A stretch of DNA of 63,950 bases, filler included, from Lenisia limosa (taxonomy: Eukaryota; Protista; Breviatea), in NCBI GenBank assembly GCA_001655205.1. It is 14 parts of 14 records of this genome, joined end to end, with 100 filler letters (N's around TTAATTAATTAA, not from the genome) between each part and the next. Parts side by side here need not be neighbours in the genome. Positions count along the whole stretch, not along the records: positions 1 to 1,660 come from LPNZ01004272.1; positions 1,761 to 8,680 come from LPNZ01008129.1; positions 8,781 to 12,537 come from LPNZ01008442.1; positions 12,638 to 17,998 come from LPNZ01005134.1; 10 more parts are not named here. The stretch is one strand, 5' to 3'. Position numbers and translations under genes: made by a program. Each line of letters opens with the position of its first letter. The first letter of the stretch is position 1. Shown piece by piece: positions 1-12,766 of the stretch. Under the pieces are notes generated by a model. The model did not search any database. It was not told the origin of the DNA and saw nothing but the letters and a program-made list of their open reading frames with translations.

Positions 1-170
1 AATACTTTGAAAATGTTTCCAATAAACTTCAGAATTCCTAAATACATGAGGCAAAAGGATCACAGGTAAGTGGAAAAAGAATGGAAAAGACAAGAAAAAC
101 CTACATATCTGGGGATCGAACAGGATCCGAAACCCAATTTCATTATCTGATAATCGAGATACGGAACAAG

Positions 171-265
171 TAGGGCTTCACTTCGGCTCGAAAAATACCG
201 ACAAAATATCTTTTCGAGGATTTATTGAGAAGTCCAGTCTTTTATCGAACCGAAGTGAAGCCCTA
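171..265. mobile_element. hAT-type MITE family A (~95-105 bp). About 25 full or partial copies, e.g. 6085-6185, 8058-8125, 13430-13510, 19003-19101, 20225-20320, 21200-21285, 22648-22735, 34008-34085, 36354-36453, 37478-37556, 37982-38083, 39700-39790, 50845-50944, 54481-54578, 55271-55350, 61690-61760
   Basis: TIRs TAGGGCTTCACTTCGGTTC...GAACCGAAGTGAAGCCCTA and a conserved core (AAATATCGATATTTATCGAGGATTTATCGAGAAATTCAGTCTTT). Near-perfect 8-bp flanking duplications: ggaacaag/ggcacaag (171-265), gttttcac/gtttccac (19003-19101), gtcaaaat/gccaaaat (36354-36453). TAGGG termini plus an 8-bp TSD are typical of hAT. Confidence 0.85.
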
Positions 266-360
266 GGCACAAGAATNNNNNNNNNNNNNNNNNNNNNNNN
301 NNNNNNNNNNNNNNNNNNNNNNNNNNNNNNNCTAAAAGTTTCTCCCCCCCCCCCACATAC

Positions 361-937
361 CCGATATAGCAAGCCCATTGAAGGCCGTGTTGAAACAGAT
401 CAGCACTGTCCAAATCGACCAGCCCGTGAAGTAGGATGGCAGAATCCCTACGTTGTGATTAAGACCAATAATCATCGATGTATCAATATTGAAGCGGTCT
501 TTTTTCAAAAACGTGAAGACGGCAGAATCCCCAAGGTGGTGATGATCATTCACTTCGGTACGACAAAAATAAATTGCTCGATAAATCCATTAGATCATAG
601 AGATCAGATATTATTACGGCTCGGTGCAATTAATTGAAAAAAAATATTTCAAAATTTGAAGTGAGCCCTATTTTCATGAGAACTCCATTTCAGACACTTT
701 ATTTCAAATTTCGTCAATTAATTGCACCGGAGGTGTAACATCAGTCTCTCAATACAATTCCCGACAAAGACTAATAAAGCCCCACCATCCTAATAGCTAA
801 TACCTCCACACCCACCATCCTCCTCTCCGGAGCCGCTGGTGGCACTCAGACAGGCGAGGTTTAGAATGACCCCCCAGGTATAGAGCACTGCGTTCTGGAA
901 GTGGATACTGTCGGCTTTGCGCGACGTGAACGCGTAT
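361..937 (-). CDS. Nucleotide-sugar transporter, SLC35A (CMP-sialic acid/UDP-galactose) family, partial (2 exons: 937-816, 447-361)
   Basis: Spliced translation (E)YAFTSRKADSIHFQNAVLYTWGVILNLACL...GILPSYFTGWSIWTVLICFNTAFNGLAIS matches the SLC35A 'SIxxQNxxLYxxGxxxN' and 'GxSxWTxxxxxNxAxxGLxxS' segments. GT-AG sites are in phase. Confidence 0.8.
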
Positions 938-1283
938 CTGAAAATTAGAGGTGTGGAAATTAGGCAAGGATTACATATTATAGAGATGAGAAATAAAAAA
1001 AGGTTGTATCTGACCGAAGCTGTCCATGCCATCCATCATGCTTATTAGAGATATGTTAATGATGTCTGATAGGGAAAAAAAAGGCAAGAACAACATAGAG
1101 GTGTGTGGGAATTAGATTTGAGGAAATGGAGGTGCAAGAACGTCAGAAAATGAGAGTGGAATGTGACTGGACAGTGTGTCAAAGAGAAGTGTCAGGTAAA
1201 ATATGTAATAAAATTAAAATCCGGCAAGACAACATAAGGTATTTTCCTGTTAATGGTTTTGGAAGTGACTTAATTGTTCTAAC

Positions 1284-1385
1284 TAGGGCTCCGTGCAATT
1301 AATTGAAAAATTAATTGCAAAATTTGAAGAGCAACATGAAACTCAATTTCAGACACTATAAATAAAATTAATTGCACGAGACCTA
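1284..1385. mobile_element. hAT-type MITE family D. Other copies at about 617-733, 41912-42047 and 49675-49745 (partial)
   Basis: TIRs TAGGGCTCCGTGCAATTAATT...AATTAATTGCACG(G)AG(C)CCTA with an 8-bp TSD gttctaac/gttcgaac. Same TAGGGCT terminus as family A but a different interior. Confidence 0.8.
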
Positions 1386-1704
1386 GTTCGAACGCTCAAC
1401 TAGAACTACGCCTTTTAGGGATGAACTGCCACCGCTTGTTGCCCCGGCTTCCTGTTAAGGAAGCAAGATCTGAGGAACGAATATGATTTTGAAGACATTT
1501 CAGGCAACCCATCAAGCTACTTGTTGGAAGCAGCCATCTTTCGCCTCGACTTATAATACCTTTAAAATATCAATGCACACTCCATATAGATTCACTTTAC
1601 GTTCCAAAAGACTTGAAAAATATCGATATTGAGGATTCAGTCTTATTTGGACCGAAAGTGNNNNNNNNNNNNNNNNNNNNNNNNNNNNNNNNNNNNNNNN
1701 NNNN

Positions 1705-1716
1705 TTAATTAATTAA
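1705..1716. other. Artificial scaffold linker N-TTAATTAATTAA-N. Also at 8725, 12582, 18043, 20940, 22991, 27651, 31502, 41031, 47984, 53616, 55729 and 57815
   Basis: An identical 12-mer with stops in all six frames, embedded in about 44 N on each side, occurs 13 times. Confidence 0.97.
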
Positions 1717-1775
1717 NNNNNNNNNNNNNNNNNNNNNNNNNNNNNNNNNNNNNNNNNNNNCCCCCCCCCCCCCAG

Positions 1776-2821
1776 AGGTCTCGATATCCCGTCCGTCGAC
1801 CTGGTATTCAACTACGACCTTCCAATGCACTCAAAGGACTATGTTCACCGTGTGGGTCGCACGGCAAGAGCAGGACGTTCCGGTCGCGCGCTGACTCTGG
1901 TGTCACAGGTTTGATGCAGGGGTGGGGGTATAATATTTTATACGTTGGGGTTCTACTATGTAGAAAGCCCCTTCTTATTTGGCCTGAGAGGTATAATGAA
2001 TATCTGGGTTATTGAGACGCGTTATGATAGACAACAAGCATTGATTCTTCTGTATCAGATAATGATACGAGTACCCTCGTACAACTAATCTCCCCGTTAA
2101 CATGTTCAGTATGATGTTGAGATGTTCCAAAGGATCGAGGCTTTGTTGGGCACGAAGCTGACTGAGCACCCCCATACTCAGGTTGGTTGTTGTTGCTTGC
2201 GATAGTGGTGTGTTTTAAAAGTCTTTCAATATAACTCTGTGGTGTGGTTTTGTTCTCATCTCTCCTCCAGTCAACAGTTCTGCTTTTGGAGGAGCGTGTT
2301 ATTGAGGCCCAACGAGTGGCTGCAAAACAGGTCGGTTACATGTGTGATTGGATGCACAGTGGCCGCGATAAGTTGTGAGACGGATATTGAGCTTTTATCT
2401 TTAGTCAATCTTATCATGCCTTATCGCGGTCAGTGTATGGGGAAAAGGTTATTGGGAATTGTTTCACCTATGATTTCTACTCAACAACTATCAAAATGGA
2501 AATGCATAATGGCCAAAAACTATAAGAGTACATAATGGCCAAAAGCTATTGGAAAACATGCTCTTTCACTCACTTCAAAGGTCCAAGAAGAAGGCAAGTA
2601 CGTGCGAGGCAACAAGAAGAGNNNNNNNNNNNNNNNNNNNNNNNNNNNNNNNNNNNNNNNNNNNNNNNNNNNNNNNTCGATCGGATTCCACACCCGCTGT
2701 TACATTGTAGGATGATGACGAAGACAGCATGAAGGTTAAGCCCAAAGGCTTCAAGGGCGTGAAAGGAGGAAAGGGAGGCAAGTTTGCCGGAAAGGGCAAG
2801 AAGAAGGGTGGAAGAAGGTAG
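1776..2821 (+). CDS. DDX47: DEAD-box RNA helicase DDX47/RRP3, C-terminal part (about 5 exons)
   Basis: Exons translate to [62 protein letters not shown]...[17 protein letters not shown] followed by a K/G-rich tail ending in TAG. This covers motifs V and VI plus the DDX47-type 'QYDVExxQRIE' and 'ERVxEAQR' segments. Confidence 0.88.
2357..2435. mobile_element. Tc1/mariner-type MITE variant B2. Second copy at 4704-4772; related copy near 16210-16280
   Basis: CAGTG(A/G)CCGCGATAAG...CTTAT(C/T)GCGGTCA(C/G)TG termini, right ends followed by TA. The two copies share the interior gatattgagctttatcttnagtcaatc. Confidence 0.6.
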
Positions 2822-3110
2822 AAGAGTTGATGTTAGCTGTATGGTGTGAAGGTAGTTTTTAAATGAAAGTTCTGATGTTTGTTCTGGTTGTTCAAGCTCA
2901 TCATGGACCCATGCCCGCTCCAATCTCCCAAAAACAAAGACCAAGCTTTTGAAATCAAAATAAATACTCAATCATTCAAAACAACACAACAACCGGCCTG
3001 GGTTAAAACTGTCAAAACATTTTTTTTATTTTTTTATTTTTGGATTTTTTTTTTGAAAATTAAAGAACAATCAGAAGATAATAAACAACAGTTAAGTAGC
3101 AACAAACGCG

Positions 3111-6100
3111 ATGTCGCAGCTGAATAGGCCAGTCTTTCTCAAACAACAGTTTCGAGCGCATCATCGTCATCACATCTCACCAGAGACCCGCGATGCTCTT
3201 CTTAAGAAGTGCGTTTCGATCGTATTAAAGACATTTGTTACTGTTTAGCCCGCGGGAACGGACGGAGGAGGACGTGGAGCTTCTAGTTGGCGCTACAACG
3301 GGCCTGAAGTCCTTCGACAAGCTTTCCGACTATGTCCACAGGTTGGCTAGAGGCTACTACTGGTTAATGGAAGGCAAAATTACCCGTTGAGGCCCCTCGT
3401 TTACGTTCCCTAGAGAGATCTGCAAAGTGATGTATTACGAAGCTTTCAATACTAATACCACCGGTAAGATGGGTCTCTTTCCTGACATTATGAAGGGTAA
3501 TGATAAACAAATGTTATAAATGGTTGCAATATATAATCCCCGGTTTTTCTAAATTGTTTTGAATGTTGTGGGCTGTTGTGGTTTGTTTTGAATGTTGTGG
3601 CTGTTGTCGGTTTGTTTTGAACGTTGTGGGCTGTTGTCGGATTGTTNNNNNNNNNNNNNNNNNNNNNNNNNNNNNNNNNNNNNNNNNNNNNNNNNNNNNN
3701 NNNNNNNNNNNNNNNNNNNNNNNNNNNNNNNNNNNNNNNNNNNNNNNNTGATCTCTGAAAAGGTTTGTTACCCTTTTTGTTACACAAGCCTTCAACATCA
3801 CCTGCAAACTCGCATATTTGGGGCATTTTTGTACCTGTTTCTTCTTCACTCTGTAGTCTTTGAGCAGGGGGAGGTCGGACATAGCTTTTACTTCATTCTT
3901 CATGGCACGGTGGCAGTGAACGTTCGAGAAACGGGCTCTTGTGCCAGTCTCACCGTGGGGGGGGGGGGGCTATTCTTAGGAATATAAAGGAAGCTTNNNN
4001 NNNNNNNNNNNNNNNNNNNNNNNNNNNNNNNNNNNNNNNNNNNNNNNNNNNNNNNNNNNNNNNNNNNNNNNNNNNNNNNNNNNNNNNNNNNNNNNNNNNN
4101 NNNNNNNNNNNNGTCTTTTCTTTCTATAAAGGGCTTGGTGTGTTTTTCAGGTTGTATCGTTCTCATTGCGATTGTACTTTGAACGAGTGTTTGAACCATT
4201 ACCATTTTTTGGTACTTTACTCGCCAGAAAAATTCATGGGCATGGTAACTCGCCCAATTCTCAAGGGAAATTATATCGCAAATTGCCCAAGACTTACCCC
4301 GTCAGTTTACATATAATATTTTTCCCATCATGAGCCTCATACCCCAGGTCTGCACCCTGCCTGCGGGAGAGTCGTTTGGAGAGTTGGGCCTTGTGCATAA
4401 CCAGCCAAGGTTTGGGGGGGGGGGTTANNNNNNNNNNNNNNNNNNNNNNNNNNNNNNNNNNNNNNNNNNNNNNNNNNNNNNNNNNNNNNNNNNNNNNNNN
4501 NNNTTTTGGTTCTAAATAGACACATATTTGATCGATACTTTACACGTCTTTTGGAATCAAAAATGAAGCCCAAGTTTTGTCAAAGTGCTTTCCTTTGGTT
4601 TTATGATGAGAGAGAGTAAGAAATTGTTTTAATCTATGAATGCTCAAGAGGCTCACATGTCATCTCAATATCCAAATATGATATATACTGGTATGTATGT
4701 GTACACTGACTGCAGATACAGATATTGAGCTTTATCTTAAGTCAATCGTGCCAGTACTTATTGCGGTCACTGTATGAAATAATTTCACATTTCAGAGCAG
4801 CAACGATTGTGACACGAGATCGTTGCGAGTTACTTCGAGTTGAGAAGGAGGATTATCACAGAATCCTGAAATGGTACGTGGCTATTTAATCTTTCCTGGG
4901 GTATTTGGCTCAGGTTGCTTTTCTCAAGAATGAACAGAGCCTGTTTTCATGTTATTGTCCAGGACGCATGAAAAAGAGCTTTCAGATAAGGTCGAATTCC
5001 TAAGAAATATTTCGATATTCCGAACATGGGCACCTTCATCTCTCTCTTCCCTTTCCGATATCCTTGCCATCAAGAAGTACATGCCAAATAAAGGTGGGTC
5101 TATTTTGCCTTGTTTTAATGGAATTAGTGGTTTTGGTTTTGGATTTGAGATTGGTGTTGCCCCATGTGATAGTATAAGTCTTTATTCTGGACTGATTATT
5201 GTGTTGTTTTGCACTTAGTAATGAAACTTCCTACAGATAGTCCAATAAGTATCCCCTTCCTCCGTTTTCATGTTAATTTTTTACATTTATAATGGGAATA
5301 GTTCTTCGTTTTATCAGTCAAACACTCGCATGTACACATATAATGCTAGTAGCTATTATATATGATATAAAGTTCAGTCCTTATTTTATGATCCCCTTTA
5401 CCCCCCTCTCCAGTGGTGATTAAACAAGATGATGAGCCTGATGGCTTGTTTTTCCTCAAAAGAGGCGAGTGTAAAGTCTGCGTCTGTGTCACTGTGGGAC
5501 CCCCAGTAAGAGGGGGGGGGGGAGTATTGATATGGGTAAGACCACTTTGTCTTTTTTTGGATGCAGTGCCATAAATTGCAAATTGTTTGAAAATATAATG
5601 TAAGTTTAGTGAATTATGTATTAGTATTTGAAAACATTTGATTATTGGAGGTACGAAGAATATGCTGTTGGCTTTCTTGGAGAGATTTTAACCCTGTTTA
5701 GAGTGACAGGCAGAAAAAGGTTCTCCAAATCGGTACCCTGGGCCCCGGGGATTACTTTGGTGAAGTAGCCCTCCTCGATAATTGCCCGAGGTCCGCATCG
5801 GTTATCACTTCAACAAAGGTGGGTATCTGACTTGGTCTTAGGTTATTATACGGTTAATAGAGACTGTTTTCTTTGTCTGACTGTTCCGGGTATTCGGGTG
5901 AATTATCTCTCTTTTGCTATTGCTCCTACTTTGGCCCAAAATCAAGCAACATGTTATTATTCCTCTAATATATTGAAACTGAACTGGGCAAGGGGTAACC
6001 TGTTCAGGTGGAGGTTTTCCTTTTGAATAAACTCGATTTCAGAAGTCGTGTGACTGGTAAGGGGTATCAGGGCATATTATTGTTAGGGCTTCACTTCGGT

Positions 6101-6605
6101 TACAATAATACTGGTAAAATATCGATAGTTGTCGAGGATTTATCGAGAAATTCCCTCTTTTTTCGAAGCGTTGAAGTACAGGCTCTATTAGAAAAGATTA
6201 TCTATTTTCTAATATGAGGAGCGTATTCTGTATGATAGAGGGGGTTATAATATGGAAGTGAGGTTGAAGACGGTGTATTTTCAGAGGTCAATATATGGTA
6301 CACTTTCATCATTTCAGTTGTCTAATGTAGCAGGTAAATCTCTGGAGTATATGAGGTTATATGCCGACAAGTACCCTACGGAGAAGGAGGTGCGACAGGC
6401 CTATTACGACCAGAGAAAATGGGTGGCTTATAAGGTTTGTGGGAAAGGGTTAGTATTTCTTTTAACAAGGAAAACAACAGCTGGTGTGAATTTGAAATGC
6501 TAGTTACGTTGTTTTAACCATCTCTTCTCTGAACATGTCATGTTTTAGAAAAGTCTGGTTGGGGATATTGTCTCGGCAAAGAAGGCAAGGCAGCCCTTTA
6601 GATGA
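3111..6605 (+). CDS. Protein with two cyclic-nucleotide-binding domains (CNBD2-like), about 12 exons
   Basis: ATG at 3111. Exons give [12 protein letters not shown]..., [63 protein letters not shown] and [21 protein letters not shown] (two FGE...PRxA phosphate-binding cassettes). TGA at 6603-6605. Confidence 0.88.
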
Positions 6606-7668
6606 TCATTTCCCCCATGCCTCTGCAACCCTCTTCTACGGCTTGTGACACAGCTGTCCGTATTTCATTGATTGTGAAGATAAGGTTCATGTAACTTTTG
6701 AATTATATAATGTAATTTTTAGCCATTTTACAGAGAGATTCTCCTGTTTTCTCTTGTAGATGTTGTTGTTACTTTCGTTGCCCTGTTATCTGGGGCTCAA
6801 TTCTCTCTCGATTTGAGTGTTTTTTGATCATTGCTTGTTCATTTCCTGTGTCGCTTTCATTCTGCTGTTCTGCTGTTTATATGTTATATGTGAGACATTC
6901 ACATACCTAACCTCAACCGCGAACCAACGGTATATTAGCATGGGGGGAGCACATATAAGATTGAATTCACCAATTACTCACAACAGACCCTTACTATTAT
7001 GATTAGGCTTATAAACACAATACAGAACAAATTTTGAAAATATTTGACTGAGTTAGGAAGACTCAAACAGAAAATAGTACAAATAACCCGATACAATCAC
7101 CACAAACGCATCTGGCAACTGGCTAAACATCACATCACAGCATAGTTGAACTGGATTAGGCCTTGTAAGAAGCTTCGAGATGGCCCAGACAATGGGAGAT
7201 GAAGAAGCCCCATTTTTGGAGAGGTGAGGAAACAGCTCTTGTTGCACCCATACCCGCCATTTCCACTCTAAAATACTCCATTAATGCCAATATACTCATT
7301 AAACAGCCCGTCAGAAATGTATCCGGAGTCTCCCAACCAGGCAGCCCGCTTGGAGAGAGAGGTGGGGGAATTTGGGGATGATGAGAAACACTCTCACCCT
7401 GATTACAAACCGTGCTTCTTTCCAGGTATTTATTGGGTATATGCGAATTGACTTCATCATGTTTGAAAAGATCATACTTTCCCTTTTATATGAGAATTCA
7501 ATTCTCCAGAGTTTGCTTTTTGGTGGGTTTTACTCCGAACTTGTGCCATGGAGGCTGTTTTCATGTTGTTCTGCTTCTGGAATATCCCGACTAATTAGGC
7601 AAACGCAACGTCCTTCACTTTTCCTGCAGTCGAACCTGGGATGGTCGCTTGGGAGGCTGCACAGCGTC

Positions 7669-8680
7669 ATGTCGCTCAATACTCTGGAGGCGATCAACTC
7701 GTACAAAGGCCTCAATGAAGATCAGGAGATGAATTCGTGGGGGTTATCTATAACAATGAATGGAAAAGATGTCATATTTAGATGATATTAGTATGTTCGC
7801 TTACCCCCTTTTGAATGCTGATGCCCCCAGTGAGCCGCCGCCGCCTGCCATTATTGACCTCACGGGGCTGGAAGACCCCATTTTCAGGTCTGAGGGTTTC
7901 TTTTACCTATTAAGGATCCCATTGGTAGAAGAAAAATACTCCCTCGCGAAATAAAAACCCATGTTTATGCAATATATTGCACGGATATGATTGTTTTTTC
8001 TTGGGTTTATTTTACTGTACGCTAAGGCATTATTAAGATGGCTGTTGTTGTTACTAGTGCTTCCCTACGGTCTGAAAAAGACCGTTAAAATATCGATATT
8101 TATCGAGGATTTATTGAGAAGAGATGCCCTGAATTTTGCTACCATTTGTCTGAGCAAAGGCTGAATCTTTAGACACGTTGAGTTCCCGACAAACGCCCAT
8201 GTGATTGAGGTGGGAGTGCTGCGGTTCTCTTGGGTAATTAAATGATTATGTTAGTTGATGGGATGCGGTGCTGGAAAAGCGACTGGNNNNNNNNNNNNNN
8301 NNNNNNNNNNNNNNNNNNNNNNNNNNNNNNNNNNNNNNNNNNNNNNNNNNNNNNNNNNNNNNNNNNNNNNNNNNNNNNNNNNNNNNNNNNNNNNNNNNNN
8401 NNNNNNNNNNNNNNNNNNNNNNNNNNNNNNNNNNNNNNNNNNNNNNNNNNNNNNNNNNNNNNNNNNNNNNNNNNNNNNNNNNNNNNNNNNNNNNNNNNNT
8501 TGCGGCTTTGTGTTTCCCAAATACTTAGCCAACAGAGTTGATTCTGCTTTGATCTTGTTTCAGAAATTATCCATTTGCCCCCGGGAGATAAATATTTCCA
8601 TCTTCACCTCCCCCCAGATTGGATGCGGCGCCGGGGCACAGTCCAAATCGCTCCTCGCCTTGGACCCCTCTCTCAGCCTC
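7669..8680 (+). CDS. Class I SAM-dependent methyltransferase, N-terminal part (exons 7669-7736, 7831-7888, 8172-8207, 8618-8680)
   Basis: In-phase splicing gives MSLNTLEAINSYKGLNEDQEMNSEPPPPAIIDLTGLEDPIFRHVEFPTNAHVIEIGCGAGAQSKSLLALDPSLSL, containing motif I (VIEIGCGAG). The gene is truncated by a linker and the start codon is inferred. Confidence 0.75.
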
Positions 8681-9999
8681 NNNNNNNNNNNNNNNNNNNN
8701 NNNNNNNNNNNNNNNNNNNNNNNNTTAATTAATTAANNNNNNNNNNNNNNNNNNNNNNNNNNNNNNNNNNNNNNNNNNNNCATCCCTCTTACCTGAAATA
8801 AAACTATCATTAAACACACTGCTGCATTTAAGACTATTTTATTTTTTTGTTTTTGATATTTTTTTTGCTATTATCATCTGTACTACTGTGGACTACACTG
8901 ATTGCCTTTGATAAATGACTTCCTTGACAATTGAAATTTCCTGGATGGGCACTTTTTTTTTTTTTTTTGTTTTTTTTAGTGATCACCCTTCTTTTTTTNN
9001 NNNNNNNNNNNNNNNNNNNNNNNNNNNNNNNNNNNNNNNNNNNNNNNNNNNNNNNNNNNNNNNNNNNNNNNNNNNNNNNNNNNNNNNNNNNNNNNNNNNN
9101 NNNNNNNNNNNNNNNNNNNNNNNNNNNNNNNNNNNNNNNNNGATACTCGAATTTCTAATCTACAGATATGGGTACTTTTTTTAAGTAATTTTGTTTTATA
9201 GGGTTTTATAGGGTTTAGCCGGTCCTGCATACTATATCATATAGCTATGTATATTATTATATTATATAGATGCATGCCTACAGCACGGTGTTTGTCCCCG
9301 CCAAGCATAAGCAAAGCCAACGTTCGAGTGTACTTGTCAAACTTGACATCAGTCTGAAAGAATCAGCACTCCATATACTATACACTTTAGAGTACCCCGA
9401 TTCACACTATCAATTGGCTCATCCAGAATCTCCGCGACACCATTCCGCTCTCAGGCACAAGAAGGGTTTCAACAATCCACATTTCGCCTTTTGGGACAAG
9501 TTTCTTGATGTCCTGGTAGTGATGATGGTAAATAGTCACATGGATCACGATAGGAAGATAATCCTTCCGTAAAAATGGAGCGGTGGGCAGCACCTCCTTT
9601 TGCTTGTCGCGGTTTTTTTTTTTTTACAAAAAATCTGTAAGTGTAAAAAAAAAACAATAATGTTGCACCAACCCAAAATGTCGTTTGACATGAATAATCA
9701 TAATTTAAAAAAAAAACAGAAACAAAGCTACAGAGAAAATGAAAGCAACACCTATCCCCCTCCACTCCACTTACCTGGAAAGGAATGTCAGAAAGTTCAG
9801 AATTGAGCTCTCTCACGACAAAATAGATTAAGAAAGCAGTTATTGTGGTCGCATCAACCCCACCTCCCCCCTTTTTTTAGCAAACCTTGTTATCGCTATT
9901 TCTTTGTGGTATTCTAACCATTCACCATCATTTGCTACAATATTTCCCTGATCACCCCTCAAAACAAATAACAGCTTCACAGACCTTTTCACTCTCTAG

Positions 10000-12518
10000 G
10001 TACATCCTTACCCTTGGTGGCATCTTCATCAGCGCGTATTGGTCCAACGGAGCTGATTATGTCGTCACTCACAACCTCGCTCTGCTACAGTGATGATGTG
10101 TTCGCCTATCAGCCGTTGTCACATACAGTAACTTCTTGTTTGGGGGAGATCAGCACCGTAGGCTATTTCGAAACCGAACAGACGAACACCCTTTTTACAC
10201 CTATTGTGGTCTAACTGCTCAGACACATTACCTGGTATTGCTGCACATGGTCCCATGACATATGCTCTATCCCCAACAGTCACTGGTACGGGTTGATGGC
10301 CAAGCTCTAACGGACATAGTTTTCATAGTATAGGATATTTTGCAATAATTCTTTCGTTTCCAATGCTATTTTGTTTTTTCAAACAACTATTGATTTCACC
10401 ACTTACCAAAGATAGGTAAATCAACCTGGCAGCTTCTTGTAATTGGAGGGTTTGATGGAGTGTTTTCTGGCAGTATTTCTTCATTCGACACCACTTCTTG
10501 CGTTGGCGCCACATCTGAGCAGTGCAACCTCATCCCATGGTGTCGATATTGCAGTGGAACCTGCATTGATCCGCCGGCAGATGAGCTGAATCACTCCGGG
10601 GTTGGTGATCTTTTAGATCTAAGTTCCTCTGGCCTGCTGTGTCCTGATGGGTCTCTTCCATCGGGGACAAATTTGGACAGTGGGGGGGGGGGCTTCATTC
10701 ATTCCACTGAGATGCTGTATCAAGACGTTCTGACAGAGTTCTTGCTCTAGAATGATTTTTTTTACTTGTTTAGCCCTCCGCCCCCTTTGTGACTATCTCA
10801 CACCGTCTTCTTGCAATGACTATTCTGGTACGGTAGTGTTTATAGCAGCCTCTGTAAACGTATAATTAGAGATTCATTTTGCAGATAAAATACTATTTTG
10901 CGGTCTGGTAATTTTTATTGATCTTTTCGTAGGAGATATTTCTCACTTCACCAGGTTGTGTGCTCTGTGGTGCTACATGTGTGCCTATTGGAGATGCACT
11001 TCTTGGTTCTTGTCCAGTTGACGGTAGGTTATTATGCTTTTTTTAAGGATCTTGATTTACTTTTTTGGTAGTCTCCCTCCGTTCATTATGTGTCTTTCCT
11101 CTTCTTTTCTCAGCATGTAGCGGAGGTGTGCTCCTCTTTTGGCGACTGTGCGTCTTGTTTGGCCGAGTCAGAACTTGGCACAAATGGACCACAGAGTGCG
11201 TGTGTGTTTTGTGATGAGGTTGGCGGTTGGAGTTCATTGAACATTGTAGGATTAATTTGGTGAGATATGCAGATGGGGGAACTCATATTCCTCTCTTTTG
11301 ACTTGGATATTGTCACAGCACTCCTGATCCTAGTGTACAACTGTGGATTTAGCTAATTGAGTTAATCTGGTACTTCTTTGCCCAGTTTTCCTTTAAATTG
11401 CCTCTCTTTACCCCCCTCCCCCTCCCCAGGATAACAGCTGCAGACCAAGAGACGGAAGCACCTGTACAACCCCAGCCACCTCATGCGAGACAGTCACCCA
11501 GTGTCCATCATTGGTCAATTGCCTCGATTGTGTTGAGGCTACCAAAAACTGCTCATGGTGCCCGGTAAGCTTGGTTCAACAATGGTTGAATTCGGTTTGA
11601 TCAGACAAAAGACTGCAATCTTTGACATGTTTTTATGTGGTTGATCACATTAAGTTACCGTATTCATATCACTATTGTGTACGTATTACTACATGTACCT
11701 GTTTATCTTGTGAGGCAAAAATATGTACTGTTTAGATATTATATACACATATCATGTAGTATGTATCGATATGATATCAAAGAGTGTATATTCTGTATGT
11801 AATTGAACCGTGAGGTTGTAGAGCTAGTTCTGATTGCCACCCCTATCCCCAGACAACAAGTATCTGTCTCGATGCCACATCCTCGTCTTGCATGGACCCC
11901 CTTTCCACATCGGCTACACAGTGTGACGCTGGGTGCGCGCAGTTCAGTTCGTGTGGTACGTGTTTGAAAGGAGCTGTTGCCACAAATTGCATGTGGTGCC
12001 CTTCTTCACAGTCGTGTTGGCGGTCCTCCGAGTACCCGCTTTGTGGTAGTTACGGAGAATGTTCGGAGTGGTTTACCTGGGTGGGTTGAAGCATATCGTA
12101 TCATATATCAATATATCATATATTACATAGTATATTACAATATATCAGAGCATATTTGTATTTATGTGTGTAAAATCACGTTTTTTTGGCCCTTTCTCTG
12201 TACTCTTTGAATGAAAAATCTGACAAAAGTAGACCTGTCCAATGACACCAACAACATGCGAGAATTGTGTCAAATACCATGGCCTGGGGTGGCAATGGGA
12301 GGTTCACCAGAAGGGTACTTGCATTCCTGGTTGGGGTTGAAAATGTATAAACCTTCTTTGACCTAATGCAAGACAGAACACTGTCTTTTCACGCGTTACA
12401 GGGGACATAATGGGGCCGAATAACGTGACACTTGGTGCTCTCTCTGGACCCATTATTGATGACGTGGACGTGATGATGTTGAAGTCTGAGAGCTACTATT
12501 CGTACTCGTTCTGCCCTG
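10000..12518 (+). CDS. MEGF8/attractin-like extracellular protein with kelch-like and PSI repeats, partial
   Basis: Exons encode SLCYSDDVFAYQPLSHT (kelch-like), CSSFGDCASCLAES...CVFCDE, CPSLVNCLDCVEATKNCSWCP and CAQFSSCGTCLKGAVATNCMWCPSSQSC...WFTWTCP, ending YYSYSFCP. These are PSI patterns (CxxxxxCxxCxxxxxCxWC). Further exons may lie at 9270-9530. Confidence 0.75.
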
Positions 12519-12766
12519 GTGGGAAGGGGGGGGGGGGNNNNNNNNNNNNNNNNNNNNNNNNNNNNNNNNNNNNNNNNNNNNTTAATTAATTAANNNNNNN
12601 NNNNNNNNNNNNNNNNNNNNNNNNNNNNNNNNNNNNNAAGGGATTGTGAAAGGAATACACTATATCATATACAATACCATAATAACAACACAATTACAAA
12701 ACAAAAAGCAACATGAGAAAGAAATGAGAAGGTTATTAGATAATACGTGTTCCTGACCCCCCGCAG

